Origin: Nitrospirota bacterium
Lineage (GTDB): Bacteria; Nitrospirota; UBA9217
Reading direction: 5' to 3'
DNA length: 64,000 bases
Assembly: GCA_963754875.1 (NCBI GenBank)
Contig: CAVWHO010000008.1
Location: forward strand, 128,001 to 192,000
Shown piece after piece: positions 57,817-64,000 of this stretch. The notes beneath the pieces were generated by a model, which had not been told where the DNA came from, searched no databases, and was given only the letters and a program-made list of their open reading frames with translations. How positions within the stretch are numbered: the stretch's first letter is position 1; every line of letters begins with the position of its first letter. The translations under genes were made by a program, and so were the position numbers.

Positions 57817-57902
57817 ATCGGTGGGTACCTTCCATTAATCCATGGTTCTACGCGTTGGATTGTATCATCGCAACACGTGAACAGTCAACGAAAATTGACT
57901 TT

Positions 57903-58463
57903 CTACAACAGCTCATACGCCCATATCTTCCCGTCGCTGCGGACTTCCTCAACACGCTTCACGAGCCTTTTTTTGTACAAGTTCAAGAGACGCGTGCCGC
58001 TCGTGTTTGGCTCAATTTTTTTCGCGTCCGAAAGTTCCTTGGACGTGGCTTTCTTCTTTTTCACAATAAAATCGAGCGTGTCTTTGAGATAACTGTTGAG
58101 ATTCCCCAAAACACTCCTGCTGCCGTCCTTCATTTCGGCCATGACTGCTAGGTCCTTCCGCTCGACAGCGACCTCGATATTCTCCTTCTGATTCTCGTTC
58201 AGCCCAGCAAGGAGAATGTACTTGTCCCCATACTCGCCCGAGAGCAGTCTCGACACGAGCTTAGCCACGATCTCGTCAGCGCAGGAATAGTCGATCACTC
58301 CGATTTTAGAAAAGTCGAGGCTGATGACCGCGCCATCGGGTTCTTTCTCGATGTCTTGCTCGATCCGCTCCCGGATCGCCTGACCCGATGGCCGGGTCAC
58401 GAGGTCCTTGGAACCGTTGCCGAGTTCTTCTTTTAAGAGTTTATAGAGGTCATATTTCGACAT
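57903..58463 (-). CDS. STAS-like (DUF4325-type) domain fused to winged-HTH
   Basis: DLVTRPSGQAIRE..ISLDFSKIGVIDYSCADE; C-terminal ATSKELSD..IEPNTSGTRLLNLYKKRLV. Confidence 0.6.
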   Translation of the reverse strand: MSKYDLYKLLKEELGNGSKDLVTRPSGQAIRERIEQDIEKEPDGAVISLDFSKIGVIDYSCADEIVAKLVSRLLSGEYGDKYILLAGLNENQKENIEVAVERKDLAVMAEMKDGSRSVLGNLNSYLKDTLDFIVKKKKATSKELSDAKKIEPNTSGTRLLNLYKKRLVKRVEEVRSDGKIWAYELL

Positions 58464-59302
58464 TAACCGTTTACTTCCTTCAATATATATCTCCCGATTG
58501 GTTCTGCATCTGCTTCGCCGGAGACATCGAATTTTTCAAGTTCCCAGCGCCCGCCCATGCCTACGGCCTTCGCTGCAAGGTGCAGATTGGCCATCGCAAT
58601 TCCGCAGTCAAGTAAATGATAATCCTTGCCCTCTCGCTCCTGGTGTTTCTTCTTGTAGACCATGATCTCTTTGTCAATAAGGATGAAGCGCCAGGGCTGC
58701 TTGTTCATCCACGAAGGCGCCCTGCGCGCGGCTTCTAGTACGCGACCCATCCGCTCGTCTGCCAGAACTTTCTCAGGCAATGGCGTGCCAGGACGTTCCC
58801 AGAAGAAAAGCTCTTCCAGCGGTTTGCGAGTTGATGAGCCGGCCATGGCCCGAAGCGAACGGCTCACAAAGCTCTGTTCTCCAACGCGGCCGATCGGGGT
58901 CAGCACCATCACGCGCCAGGAATGATCGAGCCCGAGGTTGGAACGGAGTGATGCTTCCTTGAACATGAGACCGACCCAGCAGGTGCCCAGGCCTTTGCGC
59001 GTGGCTTCGAGGACCATCTGCTCGAAACGAAAGCCCGCGTCCATAAGATAGCCTTCGCCCTCCTTCGACGCGAGGACGATGTAGTGCGGGGCGCGGATGG
59101 TCTTGCCGTAATTGCCGATTACACCCTTGACCTCTTGGCCCATCTGCTCATGGGAACGGAGAAAGAACCGCATCTCAACCTGCGTCAGGGCTTCGGCCTT
59201 TTCGCCGGCGAGCCGGATGGCTTCGAGTTCCCCCGTCGCCACGGGTGCGGGTTCATAGGTGCGTATGCTCATGCGACGGGAAATGGCTTCCAGGATGTCC
59301 AT
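58463..59302 (-). CDS. Nitroreductase-family protein (duplicated domain)
   Basis: AISRRMSIRTY, GLGTCWVG, ARRAPSWMNKQPWRF, DCGIAMANL. Confidence 0.88.
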   Translation of the reverse strand: MDILEAISRRMSIRTYEPAPVATGELEAIRLAGEKAEALTQVEMRFFLRSHEQMGQEVKGVIGNYGKTIRAPHYIVLASKEGEGYLMDAGFRFEQMVLEATRKGLGTCWVGLMFKEASLRSNLGLDHSWRVMVLTPIGRVGEQSFVSRSLRAMAGSSTRKPLEELFFWERPGTPLPEKVLADERMGRVLEAARRAPSWMNKQPWRFILIDKEIMVYKKKHQEREGKDYHLLDCGIAMANLHLAAKAVGMGGRWELEKFDVSGEADAEPIGRYILKEVNG

Positions 59303-59343
59303 GCGGCTCCTTGTACATTTGTGACTGCCCTGCTCCAATCTTA

Positions 59344-59452
59344 ACTTAAGGTCACAGATTGTGACCTTAAGTCTGCAACCGCAAAGGAGCGAATCGCCAA
59401 ACCACTTCAATTGATTCAATTGAAGTATAATAAACTGGATGGACTTTGTCAA
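59344..59452 (-). promoter_or_regulatory. sigma70 promoter with two perfect palindromes (operator-like)
   Basis: TTGACA-N17-TATACT (59452-59424); ACTTCAATTGA-T-TCAATTGAAGT (59404-26); ACTTAAGGTCACA-GAT-TGTGACCTTAAGT (59344-72). Confidence 0.7.
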
Positions 59453-59477
59453 GGGTTTTTTTTGAGAAAGACCGCTC

Positions 59478-59502
59478 ACGCAGGCCGAAGCCTGCGGCTA
59501 CA
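59478..59502 (-). repeat. GTAG-type REP-like palindrome
   Basis: Copy of 45112-45136. Confidence 0.75.
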
Positions 59503-59532
59503 ATGCTGCGTGGAATGGGAGCTGAAGGAGGC

Positions 59533-60375
59533 TTACACTTCCGGCAGCATAATGTTGATCTGGCTGCCGGGGAAAAAGGTGAGATTCCGCTCCTGGTCAC
59601 GGCCCCTCGCCCATGAAGGGATGATGGAAAGACGGGCTGTGCCGGACCGAATCGAGAGCTTGCCCTGCCACTGCGTGACGAACTTACGGACCCCGGCGAG
59701 TCCGTGTCCCCTGCCCTCGTCTTCGTAGCGCGATGCGCCGTGGAGCAGGGCCTTGTCGATGGCTTCGAAATCGCTCTTCAGTTGGAACCTGTTCGCAAGG
59801 GACTTCCGGAACCCGATGCCCACGTCCATGACAGCGATCTTCACGATATTCTTTCCCATGCTCTGGTAGCGGTACTTCTGGATGCCGACGAAGCCTTTGT
59901 TCTCGCTGTGCTCGATGATGTTCTGACAAACCTCGGATAGAGCCACGATGAAGCCGTTGATCGCCCGTTCGTCGTACCGGAGGTGCGTGGCGAGAATGGC
60001 CTGGGCGCGGTCCCGGACCTTGCCGACGATGAAGTGGATGTCGTTCGATTTTTCGATGGGAGTGATTTCGAGCAGAACGTCCGAATCGGAACTGCTTTGA
60101 TACTTCCCCGGCGTGATCGTTGACGTGTGTTCGAGAGCAAAATAATTCTTTGCAAAAGTGAAGAAGTTCAGACGGTCGAGATATCTGCAGACCTCGGCGG
60201 ACCGGGGAAGGAGGATGGTTTTCCGCACGTCTTCGAGCATACAGAGCTCGCCGATTTCAAGGAGTCCCAGCATGCCGTAGGGATCGACAAAGGAGACGTC
60301 GCGAAGGTCGATCTGTTCCGAGTGGATGAAAGAGCGGAGGGTCTTCTCGAACGTATCTTCGGTTATCTGGGTCAT
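59533..60375 (-). CDS. STAS-like + HATPase_c (RsbW/SpoIIAB-like) ATP-binding protein
   Basis: IDLRDVSFVDPYG; SEVCQNIIEH (N box), DVGIG (G1), GRGHGL (G2); no H-box seen. Confidence 0.75.
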   Translation of the reverse strand: MTQITEDTFEKTLRSFIHSEQIDLRDVSFVDPYGMLGLLEIGELCMLEDVRKTILLPRSAEVCRYLDRLNFFTFAKNYFALEHTSTITPGKYQSSSDSDVLLEITPIEKSNDIHFIVGKVRDRAQAILATHLRYDERAINGFIVALSEVCQNIIEHSENKGFVGIQKYRYQSMGKNIVKIAVMDVGIGFRKSLANRFQLKSDFEAIDKALLHGASRYEDEGRGHGLAGVRKFVTQWQGKLSIRSGTARLSIIPSWARGRDQERNLTFFPGSQINIMLPEV

Positions 60376-60836
60376 CGGTTGAGCAAATAAGCAGCTATCT
60401 GGAGCAGGATGTTCGTGTACACCCCGGCCCCGATGTCGTCGAGCATCACACCAAGACCGCCGTGAACATCCTGCAAATCATGGAGCGGCCAGGGTTTCAG
60501 AATGTCGAACACGCGGAAGAGGATAAAACCTGCAGCAACATATCCCCAACCAACAGGAACCATGAACATGGAAATGAGATAGCCGGCGATCTCGTCGATC
60601 ACGATCGACGGGCTGTCCCGTTTGGCGAGTAATACTTCAGCACGGCCGGCGGCCCATGTCCCGATAATACAGACCAGGCAGGTCAGGATACTATAAGGAA
60701 GGAGACCGGCATTCTTCACCGCCACATAGAGAAGAACACCCACGAGCGTTCCTGCCGTACCCGGCGCAAAGGGGGACTTCCCGGAATACGCACCTTCTGC
60801 GATAAAAAGAATGACTGCGTTCGATGCTTTGCTCAT
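60372..60836 (-). CDS. pgpA: Phosphatidylglycerophosphatase A
   Basis: SPFAPGTAGT, DSPSIVIDEIAG, FRVFDILKPWP, GVMLDD. Confidence 0.93.
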   Translation of the reverse strand: MSKASNAVILFIAEGAYSGKSPFAPGTAGTLVGVLLYVAVKNAGLLPYSILTCLVCIIGTWAAGRAEVLLAKRDSPSIVIDEIAGYLISMFMVPVGWGYVAAGFILFRVFDILKPWPLHDLQDVHGGLGVMLDDIGAGVYTNILLQIAAYLLNR

Positions 60837-60925
60837 CTGCCTCAATTCTTTGAAAATTCGGTGCATGATAGCGAGCGCTCTTGGGTGTTATGGGGCGAGT
60901 TATTAATGGTCAAAAAATGATATAG

Positions 60926-61012
60926 ACCCATCCCCTTCTTCAGTCTCCCCCTTGAAGGGGGAGAAATACGGTTCCCCTCTCCTTCAAGGAGAGGGCTGGG
61001 GTGAGGATGGGT
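60926..61012. repeat. CCCTCTCC/GGAGAGGG composite palindromic repeat
   Basis: ACCCATCC...TCTCCCCCTT/AAGGGGGAGA...CCCTCTCCTT/AAGGAGAGGG...GGATGGGT; related to 2058-2115. Confidence 0.65.
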
Positions 61013-61026
61013 CCTGAGTGAAAGAT

Positions 61027-61608
61027 CTACATATCCCCGTTCTTATCCAGTTGCACACCACCGTCAGCGCCCTGCGGGATGGAGCACCGGAGCGCATCGA
61101 ACGCCAGGAGAACGCGCTTCTCCCGCTCCAGCTTTTCCGGGGCAATCGGTTGTAATTCTTTTCCCGATAGCATGGCGATCAACTGCTGCTTCGACGGGAT
61201 CGCATCAAACCCTTCTCCAATGACCTTACCCGTCATCGTATCGAGTATCACTGCACTCATCGGGTCCATGACCACTGCGACAGGGACGGGCAAACTGTTC
61301 AGCACGCGCGCCGCAGCCACGACATGCCGTTCCCGGGACGACAGAGAACCGGGGGCGCATTTGACCACCATCGCCTGCCTGTTGTCCACGGTCACGAGGA
61401 AGTCCACGTGTGACTCCACGGTCTCAGGCCCCAGCGTAACAGGAAAGCGGATATTTTTCCGCACATCAGCCTGGGTATATCCCTTCTCATTGAGAAGCAC
61501 ACGCTCCGCGATATGCTTTACCGCAGCCGTCATCTCTTCACCGTCAGAGATCTCCTGCTCAAGGATGGAGAGAATTTTCTTTTCCCGAGTTACAAATTCG
61601 TCTTCCAC
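61027..61608 (-). CDS. HsdR N-terminal-like (HSDR_N_2) stand-alone protein
   Basis: LLNEKGYT...VDFLV..AMVVKCA...AAAR..VAVV; EcK-type motif appears degenerate. Confidence 0.6.
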   Translation of the reverse strand: MEDEFVTREKKILSILEQEISDGEEMTAAVKHIAERVLLNEKGYTQADVRKNIRFPVTLGPETVESHVDFLVTVDNRQAMVVKCAPGSLSSRERHVVAAARVLNSLPVPVAVVMDPMSAVILDTMTGKVIGEGFDAIPSKQQLIAMLSGKELQPIAPEKLEREKRVLLAFDALRCSIPQGADGGVQLDKNGDM

Positions 61609-61625
61609 GTTCTAACCTCGAATCA

Positions 61626-62219
61626 TTATTTTTTCTTCGCTGACTTCTTTGCCGAAGCCTTGCGTCCCTTGGCCGGCTTTGTTGGACGTTTCGCAGTTTT
61701 CTTAACGGTCTTTTTGACGGCCTTTTTGAGTGTTTTCTTCGCCGCTTTTTTTGCAGTTTTCTTGGCTGCTTTCTTTGCCGCTTTTTTCTTCGGAGCCGAG
61801 CGTTTCGGCGCGACAAGCTTAGCGCTTGGCATCAGCGTGGTAGAGCCGGACGCGGTCGTTCTGGCCGGGATCTGCAGCGGCGCCTGTCGCGGCTGCCTCT
61901 CCGGCAGGATCCCGAGAATGTTTCGTTCGCGCACCAGGACCAGTTCCTCGCCGTTTATGGTGTAGGTCTGGCCCGCAAACTGTTCATAAAGCACACAGTC
62001 GCCCGGCTTTACGGTCGTGGGAATGAACCGGCGGTCTTTCTTCTCGACTTTTTTCTTTCCGTACTTTTCCTCCTCCAGGGCGCCGGGGCCGATCGCCTCG
62101 ACGACGCCTTCGTGGGGCTTTTCCTTCGCCGTATCGGGAATGATGATGCCGCCCGCGGTCATCTCGTCCGCTCCGGACGGCCGTATCACGGCCCAGTCTT
62201 GCAATGGTGTAATGTTCAT
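61626..62219 (-). CDS. groES: Co-chaperonin GroES domain fused to a Lys/Ala-rich histone H1-like tail
   Basis: ITPLQDWAVI, TAGGIIIPDTAKEKP, VEAIGPG, VKPGD; tail KKAAKKAAKKTAKK... Confidence 0.8.
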   Translation of the reverse strand: MNITPLQDWAVIRPSGADEMTAGGIIIPDTAKEKPHEGVVEAIGPGALEEEKYGKKKVEKKDRRFIPTTVKPGDCVLYEQFAGQTYTINGEELVLVRERNILGILPERQPRQAPLQIPARTTASGSTTLMPSAKLVAPKRSAPKKKAAKKAAKKTAKKAAKKTLKKAVKKTVKKTAKRPTKPAKGRKASAKKSAKKK

Positions 62220-62436
62220 AGTGTTCCTCCTGTCAGTAAGATACGGTCATGCACGTATTATACGGAAATTTGTCCCTCCTGTCAAAACAAGGGATGAATA
62301 ACCGCGGCAAAAGGCGGGACAGGCGTCGGCAGAAAAACTGCCTTGACAGCAGGGCTGCATCATTGTATAAGAATGCTGTTCGCAGCTCCTTCTGGGTGCT
62401 CGGTTTTTGAGACTATGTTTTTACGGGAGATACATT

Positions 62437-63015
62437 ATGAAGAATACCGGCCTTGCATTACTCGCAGCATGTGTTTTACTCTTGTCAGGCACCTTGGCCT
62501 TTGCAAAAACCATCAGGAGTTCATCTGCCGGATTACAAACAAGTGAAGCGGAAGTGGACGGTTCCTTCGCTTTTGCAACGGGGCCGGGGTCTTTTGATAC
62601 GGGTTACGGCCTCAATTTCGGCGCAGGTTACACGTTAGGCGAGATCGATAAGAACCTCCAGGCAAGGGTGGACATTTCGTATTTTCAGTTCTCCTACGAC
62701 TACGCTTTCGGCGGGGGCTCGACCGGCCTGAATTATACGAGGGTACCCATCACTGTCAGCGGGAGATACTACCTCCCCGTCATGGATAAGCTGAGGGTCT
62801 TTGGCCAGGCAGGACTGGAAACCAGCTTCGATCATTCTGATTATTATTCGGGCGGCAACAAGCAGTCGAAGACCGAATTGAATCTCGGCATTTCACCAGG
62901 CGCGGGCGTTGAATTCTTCGTGAACAGGCACATCAGCATCTTCGCCCTCGGCCGTGCGCATCTTATTTCAGACAGCTACTTCAGCATGCAGTTCGGCATT
63001 GCGTCGTATTTTTAG
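62437..63015 (+). CDS. Small outer-membrane beta-barrel protein
   Basis: Signal peptide (AFA-K), amphipathic strands, C-terminal F. Confidence 0.75.
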   Translation: MKNTGLALLAACVLLLSGTLAFAKTIRSSSAGLQTSEAEVDGSFAFATGPGSFDTGYGLNFGAGYTLGEIDKNLQARVDISYFQFSYDYAFGGGSTGLNYTRVPITVSGRYYLPVMDKLRVFGQAGLETSFDHSDYYSGGNKQSKTELNLGISPGAGVEFFVNRHISIFALGRAHLISDSYFSMQFGIASYF

Positions 63016-63072
63016 ACTTCAAGAAGTGCCTCATTACCTAAATCTTTTTGATAAAATTTATGGCTCACGAAA

Positions 63073-63105
63073 AGAAAGCCCCGGACGTATTTCCGGGGCT
63101 TTTTT
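63073..63105 (+). terminator. Intrinsic terminator
   Basis: AAAGCCCCGGA..TCCGGGGCTTTTTT. Confidence 0.75.
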
Positions 63106-63166
63106 AATTAGATCGCGTTGTTGCGATGATACGATCCTTATCGTATTTCGGTCATGCGCAGCACAT

Positions 63167-63464
63167 TCAAAGAACCAAATGTGGACGATAGGCGCGCACC
63201 CAGCGCCCTCCCGACTCACTGCTCACCCCGCATTCCTGATGGATCACCGCGGCAGGAACGCTCTCCTCAAGGTACTTCTTAACTACTTGAAGCATGAAAT
63301 CGGCTCCATAACGTCTGTTTCGCTCTGGAACCTGCCTTTTTGCACCGTTCTTCTGTATACTCTTTACTGGTTCCATCGATGACACTCCTCTCGTTAACCT
63401 AAACTTGGAGTGCCACCCTATTTTCTCATATCTTTGGTATCATTAACTGGTGGCTACGACAACA
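63167..63464 (-). mobile_element. Truncated IS remnant (transposase N-terminal HTH; possibly IS481/IS3-like)
   Basis: RRYGADFMLQVVKKYLE..AAVIHQECGVS..RWVRAYR then stop; candidate end TGTTGTCGTAGCCACC. Confidence 0.55.
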
Positions 63465-63875
63465 GCGTAATGACGTCTCAGGTGGGAGGGAATCGGAAAT
63501 TTATTAATTAAGAAGCAGGTTGAGCGTTCCGGATGGCGCCGGGGGCAAAAGGCGTCACAGGAGCTTGTTCCGCTTTACCGTAAGCATCCCATAAAGAGGG
63601 CCTGCGTCCATTTATTTGAGCTGTCTGAACGTCAGATGGAAAAGAGGAGGATATTCGTCACCAAGGCTGCTTTCTTCCCCGAAAACCTCGCCACTGCAAG
63701 GTCGAGTCGATATGGCTTCCGGACGCTTCTATGACACTATCGGCCTCGATAGGGAATAGAGGTTTTTTGAAAGAATGTACAAGAACGGTCGCAAAAAATC
63801 TCTGAATGTTTTTAACGGTGTATAATTAGGGGAGTTGTTCATTGCACAGCGGCTAAAGCATGCGGGAGGTCGGCC

Positions 63876-64000
63876 ATGTTCGGTAAACGCCTAAAGCTGT
63901 TTCGTCTCCTCGGGTTCGAGGTCCGCGTCGACCTGAGCTGGCTGGTTCTTGCCCTGCTCGTCACCTGGTCCCTGGCCGACGGCCTGTTCCCGAACTATTA
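63876..64000 (+). CDS. Site-2 protease (M50) family, N-terminus only
   Basis: MFGKRLKLFRLLGFEVRVDLSWLVLALLVTWSLA; SD GGAGG; truncated by window edge. Confidence 0.7.
   Translation, partial: MFGKRLKLFRLLGFEVRVDLSWLVLALLVTWSLADGLFPNY

Noticed and set aside
61027..61608. Type I restriction-modification system
   Set aside because: Only a stand-alone N-terminal-like domain with a degenerate catalytic motif; no helicase, hsdM or hsdS

Overview
Bacterial chromosomal window with moderately high GC. Gene order (rpsF-ssb-rpsR-DUF2232; dprA-smg-topA-xerC-hslVU-argB; tRNA cluster-tig-clpP-clpX-engB; pgpA...cinA-thpR-recA-pilT-recX-alaS) suggests Nitrospirota or Desulfobacterota (inference, no search run). 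Most of the window is housekeeping. The standout is an ~11 kb extracellular-electron-transfer island (21.4-32.6 kb). It holds two OmcA/MtrC-type decaheme lipoproteins, a porin with 5-heme and 6(+2)-heme lipoprotein cytochromes (ExtBCD-like layout, no MtrA/ExtA-type periplasmic multiheme), and a duplicated accessory pair (stand-alone GspC-HR-like protein plus a small lipoprotein). Each decaheme has a matching sigma-54 promoter, IHF-like site and tandem enhancer-like boxes. Other notable items: a candidate pseudoknotted RNA after rpsR, a palindromic repeat inside the rpsF leader hairpin, a 182-bp tRNA-Arg att-like mini-element, a STAS-kinase/STAS-wHTH pair upstream of cinA-recA split by a self-promoted nitroreductase, and an orphan GroES with a histone-like tail. 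Many conserved genes (hslU, tig, mltG, ubiB, alaS, recX) carry single-base frameshifts, most likely assembly errors. All family calls come from motif recognition, not database searches.
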